A program made the position numbers and the translations under genes. Shown one piece after another: positions 38,017-47,886 of a stretch of DNA of 64,000 bases. Origin of the DNA: Candidatus Woesearchaeota archaeon (lineage in GTDB: Archaea; Nanobdellota; Nanobdellia; Woesearchaeales; WAPJ01); assembly GCA_047602765.1 (NCBI GenBank), contig JBLKOL010000002.1, positions 10,597-74,596 of the forward strand, written 5' to 3'. The notes under the pieces were generated by a model, which saw only the letters and a program-made list of their open reading frames with translations, searched no databases and was not told where the DNA came from. The stretch's first letter is position 1. Every line of letters begins with the position of its first letter.

Positions 38017-38672
38017 TGAGACGGATCGCCTGGGGCAAGGTATTCTTCATGCTCGCCGTTGTGTGTATCGTTGCGGCGTTCGCGCTCGTGCGCCTAGGCA
38101 ATCCCGAGTTCCTCTCAGGGTTGGTGGCCGGCGAACGCGATGCGGACGTCTACGGATACGTCGGCTCGAAGCCGGTCTTCATCGACGATGTCGAACGCTC
38201 GTACGAGCAGCGCAGTACGATACAACAGGATCTTTCGATCGGCGAGTTCTTCAACGAGACGTACGCTCCGCGCACGATGCTCCTGCTCGAAGCCGAAGCG
38301 ATCGGCGTCACCGTTACCGAAGAAGAGGTCGATGCGTGGATCACAGTCATCAACTCGTCACTCAAGAGCCGTAACTCAACGTTCGAATCATACCTTGAGG
38401 ACCTCGATGTAACGATGGACCAGCTTCGCAGGGATATCTACGAGTCGACGCTTCTCGATAAGGTGCTCGAAAAGCTCGTAGCTCGAGAAGTGGTGGTCAC
38501 CGCCGAAGAGGTTCGGGAAGCCTACGACGCTGCTGGATACGAAGCGCTCGGGATCTCGCTCGAAGAGGCTCGTAACGAGATCGGTCCGATGATCCTTCGT
38601 GAGAAGCAGGATGCGCACCTGCGCGGGATCGTCGAGGAGTTGCGTGAGCGCTATGACGTCACCTTCGTCTGA
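38013..38672 (+). CDS. Membrane-anchored SurA-N-terminal-like chaperone domain protein.
   Basis: N-terminal transmembrane segment, then an acidic helical domain resembling the SurA_N/PpiC chaperone module. ATGA overlap with dnaG. Confidence 0.5.
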   Translation: MMRRIAWGKVFFMLAVVCIVAAFALVRLGNPEFLSGLVAGERDADVYGYVGSKPVFIDDVERSYEQRSTIQQDLSIGEFFNETYAPRTMLLLEAEAIGVTVTEEEVDAWITVINSSLKSRNSTFESYLEDLDVTMDQLRRDIYESTLLDKVLEKLVAREVVVTAEEVREAYDAAGYEALGISLEEARNEIGPMILREKQDAHLRGIVEELRERYDVTFV

Positions 38673-39078
38673 AGGGTACGCTCTTACCGAGCACCCTGCT
38701 GATATCGGTATCGAGGCTGCGAGCGCGACGCGTGAGGGCATCCTTGAGCATTCGTGCTTGGGATTGATGGCGGTGATGACCGATCCTTCACGCGTACGTG
38801 ACACGTATGAGCGCTCGTTCACCGTAGGCGATGCGGATCCTGCCATCGTCTTGCGTCGTGTTCTGAGCGAGGTGCTCTTCCTCGCGAGCAGTGAGGGACT
38901 CTTCTTCTCATCGTTCGCCATAACCTGGGGAGAGGATGTGCGTGTTGTGTGTCGTGGTGAGCCGATCGACCCGTCGCGTCATGAGCTCCGCGTTGAAGTG
39001 AAGGCTATTACGGATTCGGGCCTTCGTTTCGAGCGTTGCGGCGATTCGTGGGTTTCGTTCGTGCTCGTAGACGTCTGA
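38653..39078 (+). CDS. Archease (RtcB activator).
   Basis: N-terminal GYALTEHPADIGIEA, the archease signature. C-terminal …VSFVLVDV. Confidence 0.8.
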   Translation: MTSPSSEGYALTEHPADIGIEAASATREGILEHSCLGLMAVMTDPSRVRDTYERSFTVGDADPAIVLRRVLSEVLFLASSEGLFFSSFAITWGEDVRVVCRGEPIDPSRHELRVEVKAITDSGLRFERCGDSWVSFVLVDV

Positions 39079-39337
39079 GCGCTCCGCATGGGCAGTGCAG
39101 ATAGATGCTCGCTCCTCGTATGCGCCGCTTCGCGCTCGTAGGATACACGTTCATACACGCAGGACAGTAGAGGATCCGTTCGGATGCGAGTACGGGGACG
39201 CGGTGGCGCAGACTGTAGGCTCGTACGTGTTCGAGGATACGAGCAGCGTCTTCAGGATGCTGTTCGAGCTGTCTGAAGAGGATTGCGATCGCTCGTCGTG
39301 CGCGTTTCGACTTCCGATCCGACCTCACCAGTCTCAT
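39008..39337 (-). CDS. rnp4: RNase P protein component Rpr2/Rpp21.
   Basis: N-terminal ARRAIAILFRQL helix and zinc ribbon CPACMNVY…HCPCG. Overlaps the archease 3' end by 70 nt (convergent). Confidence 0.7.
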   Translation of the reverse strand: MRLVRSDRKSKRARRAIAILFRQLEQHPEDAARILEHVRAYSLRHRVPVLASERILYCPACMNVYPTSAKRRIRGASIYLHCPCGALRRLRARTKPTNRRNARNEGPNP

Positions 39338-39362
39338 GGATGCGAGGATGCACGCGCCTGTT

Positions 39363-39788
39363 TTAACCGTTCCTCAGGTGTCCGAGGAGGTCTTTGACCG
39401 CGTCTTTGAGCTGGTGTATCGTCTGGTTCTGTTGTTCTATCCGCTCGTTCTGGGCTGCGATCCGTGCTTCGAGCGTCTCGAACCGTTTGGCGATGTCCGC
39501 GTGCGATTGTTGTATGGTTCGTGAGAGGTAGTTCACGCTGGGCCTGATGTCGGCGTGCACAGGGGGTTCTGCTGGTCCGCTCATCTTCGAGACGGCTTCG
39601 TAGATCGAACGCAGTTTTCCATCCAGGTTCGGAACGGTTCCGAGCGCTCCGGATGCCATCTGACGTGCGATGAGATCGAGCCGGGTCTTTATGAACTCGA
39701 TATCCGCTTCGAGCTTCTTGCTCGGATCGGAATCAGCGACTCCCAAAACACCCATAGGTCGCTTCACGCACCCCCCGTTTTTAAACAA
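39363..39788 (-). CDS. Hypothetical coiled-coil protein.
   Basis: Heptad-rich ORF. Native composition. Confidence 0.45.
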   Translation of the reverse strand: MFKNGGCVKRPMGVLGVADSDPSKKLEADIEFIKTRLDLIARQMASGALGTVPNLDGKLRSIYEAVSKMSGPAEPPVHADIRPSVNYLSRTIQQSHADIAKRFETLEARIAAQNERIEQQNQTIHQLKDAVKDLLGHLRNG

Positions 39789-39859
39789 TACGCACCTGTG
39801 CGTCTGTTGAGGACCAGTAGCTTTAAAGAAGGCCGCTCGTCCCGTGACTCCGACAGATA

Positions 39860-41095
39860 ATGGTTACATTCGCAGAACTCGGACTCGATGAAGGATTGCT
39901 CCGCGCGATCGACGCGATGGGCTTTACGACACCGACACTCATCCAGGAGCGTTCGATCCCACACGTGCTCGAAGGCAAGGACGTGCTCGCAGGATCGGCG
40001 ACCGGATCGGGTAAGACGCTCGCCTTCGCAGCCGGCATGATCAACACGGTCACCGCCGGTTCAGGGGTGCAGGCGCTCGTACTGACACCTACGCGTGAAC
40101 TCGCCGATCAAGTAGCTGAGCAGATCCGTGCGTTCAGCCGGTTCAAACCCGTTACGGTCGCGACCGTGTATGGGGGTGTGGCGATCGAGCCTCAGATGGC
40201 TCAACTCCGGCTCGCCGATATCGTCGTTGCGACGCCTGGGCGCGTCCTCGACCACATGGAGCGTTCGACGATTGACCTCTCCAAGGTACGCTACCTCGTC
40301 CTCGACGAGGCTGATCGGATGCTCGACATGGGTTTCATCGATGATGTCAAGCGGATCATGAGCCGGTGCCCGAAGGAGCGTCAGACGCTGCTCTTCTCGG
40401 CTACGTTGCATCCTGAGATCGTCTACATCTCGCAGACGTTCATGGCGGATCCGGTCGAGGTTTCGGTCGACAGCTACGTCGATCCGAGCAAGCTGCACCA
40501 GGTCTACTATGACGTATCGGATAAGGGGAAGTTCTCCTTGCTCGTACACTTGCTCCGCGAAGAATCAGGGTTGGTCATGGTCTTTTGCAATTCGCGCGTA
40601 CAGGTCGACTTCGTCGCGAACAACCTGAAGGCGAACGGTATCGACGCGCTCGCCATCCATGGAGGCTTCACGCAGGATAAGCGTTCGAAGACGATGGATT
40701 CGTTCTCAGAGCCGGGTAAGGTGGCGACGCTCGTCTGTACGGATGTCGCTGCGCGAGGCCTTGACATCGCGGGTATCTCGCACGTGTACAATTATGATGC
40801 GCCGAAAGAGCCACGCCAGTATGTGCATCGCATCGGTCGTACGGCGCGGGCCGGTTCTGAGGGTATCGCGGTGAACCTGATCGCTCCGCGCGATCACGAT
40901 AATTTCGACCGTGTACTCCAGCATAACGCTGTTGAGGTCGAACGTGTCGAGACGCCCAAGCATCCGCGTGCGAAGATCACGTGGTTCCCTGAGCGCGACG
41001 AGCGCAACGGTCCCAGAGCTCCTCGTGGCGGAAACCCGCGGGGTCCGCCTCGACGTACACCGGGCAGACGCCCGAGAAGGAGGAAACAATCATGA
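39860..41095 (+). CDS. DEAD-box ATP-dependent RNA helicase with basic Arg/Pro-rich C-terminal tail.
   Basis: Q motif, AGSATGSGKT, PTRELA, DEAD, SAT, ARGLD and HRIGRTAR motifs. Confidence 0.9.
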   Translation: MVTFAELGLDEGLLRAIDAMGFTTPTLIQERSIPHVLEGKDVLAGSATGSGKTLAFAAGMINTVTAGSGVQALVLTPTRELADQVAEQIRAFSRFKPVTVATVYGGVAIEPQMAQLRLADIVVATPGRVLDHMERSTIDLSKVRYLVLDEADRMLDMGFIDDVKRIMSRCPKERQTLLFSATLHPEIVYISQTFMADPVEVSVDSYVDPSKLHQVYYDVSDKGKFSLLVHLLREESGLVMVFCNSRVQVDFVANNLKANGIDALAIHGGFTQDKRSKTMDSFSEPGKVATLVCTDVAARGLDIAGISHVYNYDAPKEPRQYVHRIGRTARAGSEGIAVNLIAPRDHDNFDRVLQHNAVEVERVETPKHPRAKITWFPERDERNGPRAPRGGNPRGPPRRTPGRRPRRRKQS

Positions 41096-41559
41096 AAGCT
41101 AAGAACGGACAGACAGTAACGATCGAGTACCGTGGTACGCTCGACTCCGGTGAGGAGTTCGATGCGTCGAAGAACCATGGCAGGCCACTTGTGTTCACGC
41201 TCGGAGAAGGACAGGTGATTCCCGGATTCGAGAAGGCTGTTGAGGGTATGGAGGTCGGCGAGAAGAAGTCGTTCCGCCTCGAGTCTTCAGAAGCGTACGG
41301 TGATCGTCGTGATGATCTGATCATCGACTTCCCCAAGTCCCAGGTCGAAGAGTCCGATGTGTCGCTCGAAGTAGGAGCGCAGATCGGGTTGCAGACGCCT
41401 CAGGGTCCGATCCCGGCTACGATCGCTGACATCGGAGAAGAGTCTGTGAAGATCGATGCGAACCATCCGCTCGCCGGTCAGCCGCTCAACTTCGAGATCG
41501 AGCTCGTCTCCGCCGAGGACCAGGCTCCTCAGGACGCTGAGTCAGCGAAGTCCGAGTAG
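41092..41559 (+). CDS. FKBP-type peptidyl-prolyl cis-trans isomerase (SlyD-like, with insert-in-flap domain).
   Basis: VTIEYRGTLDSGEEFD…VIPGFEKAVEGMEVGEKK FKBP core. ATGA overlap with the helicase. Confidence 0.85.
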   Translation: MKAKNGQTVTIEYRGTLDSGEEFDASKNHGRPLVFTLGEGQVIPGFEKAVEGMEVGEKKSFRLESSEAYGDRRDDLIIDFPKSQVEESDVSLEVGAQIGLQTPQGPIPATIADIGEESVKIDANHPLAGQPLNFEIELVSAEDQAPQDAESAKSE

Positions 41560-41594
41560 AAAACGCGTTAAACCATTTCGCCATACACGATCCT

Positions 41595-43022
41595 ATGGAT
41601 ATCAAGCCTTCAGATGCGGGCGTTTTCGAGTTCCGAACCGATGCTATGAGGGTTCCCGCCCGTCTCTTCACTTCGGAAGCCTTGCTCGATGCGCTCCGTG
41701 CGGGTGAGACGGGTGAGTGGAGTTCGCTCGCTCAACTACGCGATGTCGCCTCGCTGCCCGGAGTGGTAAGTCATGTATGTGGTCTTGCCGATCTGCACCC
41801 CGGGTATGGGTTTCCCGTCGGAGGTGTTGCCGCTTTCGATGCGCATGACGGTCTCGTCATGGTCGGAGGCGTCGGGTTCGATATCAACTGTGGCGTGCGG
41901 GTGTTGCGCACCGACCTTTCGGTCTCTGATGTGCGTGAACGCCACGAGGAGCTTGCAGATGCGCTCTTCGAAGCGGTGCCTGCAGGTCTTGGTGTTCCTG
42001 GAGAGTTGCGCGTCGAGGTGTCTGAGATGGACGAGCTTCTTCGTGGCGGTGCGCGTTTCGTCGTTGAACGCGGCTATGGGTCTGAGGATGACCTCTCCTT
42101 CATCGAGGATGGCGGCATGCTCGATGCTGATCCGAACGCTGTCTCGTTGCGGGCTAAGCAGCGTAACATCAAGCAGGTGGGTACGCTCGGTTCGGGCAAC
42201 CACTATCTTGAGGTCCAGTATGTCGATGAGATCTTCGATGATGCAGCGCGCATCTTCGGACTTGAGGAGGGGTCGGTGGTCATCATGCTCCATTGCGGTT
42301 CGCGCGGCCTCGGACACCAGGTCGGTCAGGAGTATCTTGATGAGATGAGCGATGCGATGCCGGACTTCAACCTTCAGGTACTCTCGTCCGAACTCGTCGG
42401 CGCTCCCATCTCTTCCGAACTCGGCATGCGCTATCTCAATGCGGTTCGTGCGGCTTCGAACGCTGCTTTCGCGAACCGTCAGATGATCGCTCATCTCACG
42501 CGTCAGGCCGTGGCATCCGTCTTCGAGGGGGCTTCGGTTGAGACGCTCTACGAGGTCGGTCATAATACGGCGAAGCTCGAGTCGCACGTCGTCGGGGGCG
42601 TCGAACGCGAGCTCATCGTCCATCGCAAGGGTTCTACGCGTGCCTTCGGGCCGGGTCACGTCTCGCTTCCCGAACGTTACCGTTCGGTGGGTCAGCCGAT
42701 CCCGGTCGGGGGTACGATGGGTACGGCTTCGTACCTGCTTCGCGCTACGCCTCGTGCGATGGAACTCGCGTTCGGGTCGGCGATCCACGGGGCTGGTCGT
42801 TCGAAGTCTCGTGTCGAGTCGAAACGGACGTACGATGCTGATCGTATCGTCGCTGAGTTGCGTGAGCGTGGTATCATCGTGAAGGGTCGTTCGCTGAAGG
42901 GTATCAGTGAGGAGGCTCCAGGCAGCTACAAGGATATCGAACAGGTGGTTGCGGCTACGACGCTCTCGGGCATCGCTGCTCGGGTCGTAAGGCTCAAGCC
43001 GCTCATCTCGATCAAAGGATAA
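41595..43022 (+). CDS. rtcB: RtcB RNA-splicing ligase.
   Basis: Metal-binding DINCGV, GSGNHYLEVQ and HNTAKLE…HRKG motifs. Confidence 0.9.
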   Translation: MDIKPSDAGVFEFRTDAMRVPARLFTSEALLDALRAGETGEWSSLAQLRDVASLPGVVSHVCGLADLHPGYGFPVGGVAAFDAHDGLVMVGGVGFDINCGVRVLRTDLSVSDVRERHEELADALFEAVPAGLGVPGELRVEVSEMDELLRGGARFVVERGYGSEDDLSFIEDGGMLDADPNAVSLRAKQRNIKQVGTLGSGNHYLEVQYVDEIFDDAARIFGLEEGSVVIMLHCGSRGLGHQVGQEYLDEMSDAMPDFNLQVLSSELVGAPISSELGMRYLNAVRAASNAAFANRQMIAHLTRQAVASVFEGASVETLYEVGHNTAKLESHVVGGVERELIVHRKGSTRAFGPGHVSLPERYRSVGQPIPVGGTMGTASYLLRATPRAMELAFGSAIHGAGRSKSRVESKRTYDADRIVAELRERGIIVKGRSLKGISEEAPGSYKDIEQVVAATTLSGIAARVVRLKPLISIKG

Positions 43023-43054
43023 GCCTGCGTATCGTACGCCCACGAACGCGTGGT

Positions 43055-43618
43055 TCACGTGCTCCGGATCTTGTTGAGTTCGTTCTCGAACTGCCGAGCT
43101 ACGTTGACGCTCGCCTCTTCGGCGGTGTTCACCCATCCTTCGAGTTTGTCGTTCTCGAGTGCTTCTCGTGCTGCTCGTATGATCGGCTCGACGGATCCGG
43201 GCGTGATGGTTTCGAGGGGTAATGCGTCGATGCGTGCTCGTTGTTCGACGAGTGCCGCGCGTGCATCCGAGTCGAATCCTTCGATACGTGCACGGGCGCG
43301 TGCGATCTCCGAGTACGCGGTGTATGCGTGTACGTCGATCATCGTGTCTACATCAGGTCTTTGGCTGTGCCTGCTTCCGAGCAGTTGTCGTTTGGCGCGT
43401 ACGACGTCGAAGGCTACTTTCTCTTCGCTCGATGAGAGGCGCGTGTAGGCTTCTGAGACTCGTGATTCGTGTTCGAGTGCGAGCGCGTTGATCTCGTGGC
43501 GTGCGTCAGTGAGCGTGTTGTGTTGTGCGAACGGTTCGAGCCTGTCGGAGGTGACGTAGTCCGGTTGGCATGCGGTAAGTACGAAGAGTGCGAGTACGAG
43601 TACGACGATGGAGCGCAT
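43055..43618 (-). CDS. Hypothetical lipoprotein.
   Basis: Signal peptide with LTAC lipobox. Confidence 0.55.
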   Translation of the reverse strand: MRSIVVLVLALFVLTACQPDYVTSDRLEPFAQHNTLTDARHEINALALEHESRVSEAYTRLSSSEEKVAFDVVRAKRQLLGSRHSQRPDVDTMIDVHAYTAYSEIARARARIEGFDSDARAALVEQRARIDALPLETITPGSVEPIIRAAREALENDKLEGWVNTAEEASVNVARQFENELNKIRST

Positions 43619-43685
43619 GAGGAATCCTACCCGAGGGTGTTTTTAAGCATTTACATCAGGAAAGGACCGTATACGGATTCCAAGG

Positions 43686-44285
43686 TTAGAGATCGATAAT
43701 CGTCGGTGAGCGTGCGACGTTGATCACTCGTGTCTCTGCGATCCTCTCGACGAGTCCTGCTCCTTCGTGTACATGTCCGCAGATGTGAACGGCTGGTGCG
43801 ACGTCTCTTATGAGCTCTTCGATCGTCGGTGATCCGCGTACGAAGGGCGAGAGGTGTTCCATGAGCGTTCCGGTCGGGTGCGTGTGCGTCATGCTCACGA
43901 TCCGTTCGGCGCGTGCGTAGTGTGCTGCTCTGAGGAAGGATTCGCGCATCTGCTGCGAGCTTTGCCGTGAGCGTCCGATGGTGAGTCCCCGGGTGCCTGC
44001 GAATCCGATTCCTTCGATGACGACTCCGTATCCGTCGAGGTGTATGGCTCCGTAGCGTTCTGCGAGCGCGCGTATGCGTTCGTATTCGTCGTGGTTTCCT
44101 CCTACGATGAGAAGCGGTACTCCAAGGGTTGCGAAGGGTTCTATGATGCCGGTGAACTCGGCTCCGAACGCGCTCACATCTCCTGCGATCATGACGATCT
44201 CGGCTTTGTGCCGCGCTGCCTCTCGCGCTGCGGTTTTCGCGAGCCGCTGATCTGCGTGTAGGTCTGATATGGCGAAGATGCGCAT
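43686..44285 (-). CDS. Metallophosphoesterase (calcineurin-like, MJ0936/Vps29-type).
   Basis: MRIFAISDLHAD, GDV…, GNHD, …GHVHE motif series. Confidence 0.75.
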   Translation of the reverse strand: MRIFAISDLHADQRLAKTAAREAARHKAEIVMIAGDVSAFGAEFTGIIEPFATLGVPLLIVGGNHDEYERIRALAERYGAIHLDGYGVVIEGIGFAGTRGLTIGRSRQSSQQMRESFLRAAHYARAERIVSMTHTHPTGTLMEHLSPFVRGSPTIEELIRDVAPAVHICGHVHEGAGLVERIAETRVINVARSPTIIDL

Positions 44286-44352
44286 CGGTGTGCGGCGTGG
44301 CACGTGGTTTTTGAAGGTAACGCTTATAGAGTGGATGTGGACGTCTGGCGGT

Positions 44353-44922
44353 ATGGAACGTCTCTCGATGACTCAGGCTCTAGACGAGTACGAGCGGATC
44401 GCTGCAGTGCTCGAGTCGGGCGGTCTGATCATCGTACCTACGGATACGATCTACGGCTTGTGTTGTCATGCGTATTCGGAGCCTGGGTTGGCTGCTATCC
44501 GCTCGCTCAAGGAACGCTGGGGTAAGCCGATGAGCATCATCGCTCCTTCCAAAGAGTGGATCGAGGAGCATTTCGTGCTCGGTACGAATAGGGTGTGGCT
44601 CGATGAGCTTCCCGGTCGCTATACGCTCGTGCTCACACCTCGAGAGCCGTTCTCCGAGCAGCTCTCCGTTTCAGGTACGGTCGGTGTGCGTATCCCCGAT
44701 CATCCGATCGCTCGTCTCGTCGAACGCCTCGGATTCCCGATCGCGGCGAGCTCGGTGAACCGGGCTGGGTTCGAGCCGCTCGTATCGATCGATCAACTCG
44801 GCGATTCTGCGTACGAACGCTTCGGTCAGGTCGCGTTCGCGATCGATGACGGGGTCAAGGAGGGTCCTCCTTCGAGCGTCGTCGATGTGACGGGTGAGCG
44901 TCCGGTGTATGTGAGGATGTGA
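44353..44922 (+). CDS. YrdC/Sua5/TsaC-family threonylcarbamoyl-AMP synthase-like protein.
   Basis: IIVPTDTIYGL, and SSVN…G motifs. Confidence 0.7.
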   Translation: MERLSMTQALDEYERIAAVLESGGLIIVPTDTIYGLCCHAYSEPGLAAIRSLKERWGKPMSIIAPSKEWIEEHFVLGTNRVWLDELPGRYTLVLTPREPFSEQLSVSGTVGVRIPDHPIARLVERLGFPIAASSVNRAGFEPLVSIDQLGDSAYERFGQVAFAIDDGVKEGPPSSVVDVTGERPVYVRM

Positions 44923-44933
44923 TGGAGCCTCGT

Positions 44934-45710
44934 TCATTCGATCGTGTAGTCGTTGAGAAACGTTGATCCTCCTGAGTGTTCTACGATGGCTCGTACGCGT
45001 ACGTACTGTTCGAGTCCTGATCCTTTGAGTTTGCGTTTGAGCAGGTAGTCGACTTGGAACACTCCTGCGAGCGTGTTCATGATGATCTCGATCTCGATGG
45101 GTCGCTCTCCTTCTGAGATGCGGACCTTTTCGATGCTCATCGCCGATACGGAGTGGATGTCTTTGTTGCCTTGGTCGAAGCTGATGCGTGCACGTCCCTT
45201 CTCCATGTCGAGTGCGTCTGCGAGCCGCAGGATGCCTCCTTCGAGCGTGAGCGGTCTGATCTTGTCTTCCGAGTGCGATACCATCGCGCTCATGACCTCG
45301 GTCGTGAGGATCTGGCTCTCGCGAGGCGCGTAGTGGGGTGCGAGCAGCTCTTCGATGAATCCGCGTGCGAGGGTAGGTCCGAGTACGTCGTGGATGTCGC
45401 GGTGCACGGCGTTCCCTACGTCGTGGAAGAGCGCTGCGAGGACGACGACGACTTCTGCGTCGTGTGGGGTGAGTTCCCAATCTTTGATGATGCTCGCTTC
45501 GATGCCATGCTTGGCGAGGTTGCGTAAGAGTTTGAGTGCGATGTTCGCGACGATCGCGACGTGTACGGGTCCGTGATCGGACATGCCGAGGCGTTTGATC
45601 GCCATGACGTTGCACGCTTCGAAGAGCGCTTGGATGCGTTCGTCTTCGTTTACGCGTGCCTGGATTGATTCGAGCACAGGGTTGTTCTTTGAGGGTATGT
45701 TGAATGCCAT
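44934..45710 (-). CDS. HD-domain phosphohydrolase.
   Basis: HVAIVAN…LFHDVGN HD motif. Confidence 0.7.
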   Translation of the reverse strand: MAFNIPSKNNPVLESIQARVNEDERIQALFEACNVMAIKRLGMSDHGPVHVAIVANIALKLLRNLAKHGIEASIIKDWELTPHDAEVVVVLAALFHDVGNAVHRDIHDVLGPTLARGFIEELLAPHYAPRESQILTTEVMSAMVSHSEDKIRPLTLEGGILRLADALDMEKGRARISFDQGNKDIHSVSAMSIEKVRISEGERPIEIEIIMNTLAGVFQVDYLLKRKLKGSGLEQYVRVRAIVEHSGGSTFLNDYTIE

Positions 45711-45872
45711 GATCTCTCCTTCTCTCTTTTTTTGTATCGTCGTTCGAGCACCGGCGAGGTGTTTTTAAGCGTGTGCGAAGATACGGATGTATCCAGACAT
45801 CCTACGGGGAAAAGGGGAAGGGCAGCCGAGGCTGCCCCTCGCAGAGGTGGGCGGTTAGAACTCTGGTAAGCG

Positions 45873-46016
45873 TCAGGAGAGTACGGTGATCGTCGGTTCG
45901 TCGGCGAGGATGCTTCTCTTGAACCGGTTCTCGAGTCTGATCCTCGAATGGTAGTAGCTGCGCATCGTTGCGCGTTTGGTTGTTTCGAAGAGCAGGGTTT
46001 GGATGTGTGTTGTCAT
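45873..46016 (-). CDS. Possible small ORF (47 aa) in a 410-bp intergenic gap.
   Basis: GGTGAGGTGG 5 nt upstream of ATG. No other support. Confidence 0.2.
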   Translation of the reverse strand: MTTHIQTLLFETTKRATMRSYYHSRIRLENRFKRSILADEPTITVLS

Positions 46017-46120
46017 GGATACCACCTCACCTACCGTACGTTCGCACGGTATTTAACCAGCCTCCGCGGCTGTCCAGTGGCTCGTGATAAGCGGAGCGTT
46101 TTTGAAGCACAAGAGGCAGA

Positions 46121-47302
46121 ATGGCGTTCATGAAGCCTCATCTGCCCCTCTCGATCGGACTGCTCGCGCTCTCATCAGTGCTCCTCGCGCTTCTCGTGAA
46201 CGGCTACAGCATCCTCGGATTCTCCCTCTTATGGTTGATCGGGCTGCTCGCCTTCGGAGGGCTCGTCTCGGCGTTCCACCACCGAGCGGTCCACCGCTCA
46301 TGGGCGCTCGATACGGTGCTCGTCTCATCTGCGGTAGGCCTCGGATTACTCGCATCGGTGCTCGTCTTCAGCCTGATCGGTTCGCTTCTCCCCGAGGGGT
46401 CTGTGCAGCCTCATGTGCTCATCGGGATCATAATGGGGATCGTCTCATTCATCGGATTGTTCGTCATCCAGCTCTCCTATGAGCTGAATGTGCGCTCGAT
46501 GAAACACGTGGTGGTCCGCTCGCTCATCGGAGCTGGAGCGGTCATACTCATCGCCGTGCTCATCGTGCAGACTGCGGCTACGATCATGATTTATGAACAG
46601 GTTGAGATATCCTTCGAATTCGATCCTGAAGCAGGGCATGACCTTGAACGTCGAGTGGCGTATGAAGCGATCGCAGGCACACCTCTGAGCGAAGCGGTCG
46701 ACTCGTTCAGACTCAGCCGTCATGAGGACTTCAAAGCCGCTCGTGAACCGCTCCGGTCATGCCACGGCATGCTTATCGACACAGTAGTGTGTTCTGAGCT
46801 TGTCGTGGATTCGATCTCCTCCACTGTTGACCTCGTCGTCTTGGAATTACTGGTGCTCTCGTTCGTCGAGGATGCTGCGAATGCGACGATCGATGGTCGC
46901 TCGCTCGACCCCTCTGAGCGTGCGTTGCTCGAAGAGACACGCGTATCGTTCCATGAGCGCTTCTCGCGCGTTACGGGTATGGGGAATCGGCTCGATTCGA
47001 TCAGAACGCGTTTCGAACAAGAGAGCGAGGAAGAACTGAGTCTCGCACAGTTCGTGCGTCCGGAGCAGAGCGTGCTGAGCCGATCGTTCACGGGCGCGGT
47101 TCAGGCAAGTGCGTACGGAGCATCGCTCAGGGATCTGCAGGCGGGTGTCATGGAGCGAACGCACATGTACCGAACATATACTCGTATCGCCGCGCCCGCG
47201 CTCCTCGCTGAAGAGCATCCTGAACTGCTCGATGATCCGCTCTTCATCTCGGTAACGCGCGATCGTATCGAGAAGCACCGTGAGCAGGCCACTACGGAAT
47301 AG
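46121..47302 (+). CDS. Polytopic membrane protein with C-terminal cytoplasmic domain (hypothetical).
   Basis: ~6 hydrophobic helices, then an acidic soluble domain. Confidence 0.6.
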   Translation: MAFMKPHLPLSIGLLALSSVLLALLVNGYSILGFSLLWLIGLLAFGGLVSAFHHRAVHRSWALDTVLVSSAVGLGLLASVLVFSLIGSLLPEGSVQPHVLIGIIMGIVSFIGLFVIQLSYELNVRSMKHVVVRSLIGAGAVILIAVLIVQTAATIMIYEQVEISFEFDPEAGHDLERRVAYEAIAGTPLSEAVDSFRLSRHEDFKAAREPLRSCHGMLIDTVVCSELVVDSISSTVDLVVLELLVLSFVEDAANATIDGRSLDPSERALLEETRVSFHERFSRVTGMGNRLDSIRTRFEQESEEELSLAQFVRPEQSVLSRSFTGAVQASAYGASLRDLQAGVMERTHMYRTYTRIAAPALLAEEHPELLDDPLFISVTRDRIEKHREQATTE

Positions 47303-47352
47303 GCCTCTTAACGGGGCAAACGACTAAATAGCATACCACCACCCCTGAAGTC

Positions 47353-47886
47353 ATGGCGCAGGGTTCGAGGGCGACGGCGATGTTCGCCGGTGGGTGTTTC
47401 TGGTGTATCGAGCATGCCTTCACAAAGGTCGAAGGAGTGCTCAGTGCGATTCCTGGGTATACGGGCGGCGAGACTTCTGATCCGACGTACAACCAGGTCG
47501 CTCAGGGGACCACCGGTCACCGCGAAGCGGTACTCGTAACGTATGATCCGACGATCGTGTCGTACGATGAGCTGCTCGAGATTTTTTGGCGTTCGATCGA
47601 TCCGACGGATGACGGTGGCCAGTTCGCCGATCGGGGCTCGCAATATACGACGGCGATCTTCACCGGGACCGAAGAGGAGAAGCAGAAGGCCGAAGAGTCC
47701 AAACGCAGGCTCGAAGCCTCGAACCGCTTCTCGAAACCGATCGTCACCGAGATCCTTCTTGCAGGACGGTTCTGGATCGCTGAAAACGAACACCACGACT
47801 ATGCGAATACGCATCCGCTCCAGTACCGTGCGTACGCGATCGCCTCGGGACGCGAGGTCTACTGCAAGCGGATGTGGAAGGAGTGA
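47353..47886 (+). CDS. msrA: Peptide methionine-S-sulfoxide reductase MsrA.
   Basis: GGCFWCIE active-site motif. Confidence 0.9.
   Translation: MAQGSRATAMFAGGCFWCIEHAFTKVEGVLSAIPGYTGGETSDPTYNQVAQGTTGHREAVLVTYDPTIVSYDELLEIFWRSIDPTDDGGQFADRGSQYTTAIFTGTEEEKQKAEESKRRLEASNRFSKPIVTEILLAGRFWIAENEHHDYANTHPLQYRAYAIASGREVYCKRMWKE

Noticed and set aside
41736-43136. Minus 466-aa ORF across rtcB.
   Set aside because: Antisense to RtcB. R/D/E/T-rich.
44671-45615. Minus 314-aa ORF (extreme Arg/His/Thr content).
   Set aside because: Alternative frame of the HD-domain gene and the yrdC region. Non-protein-like composition.
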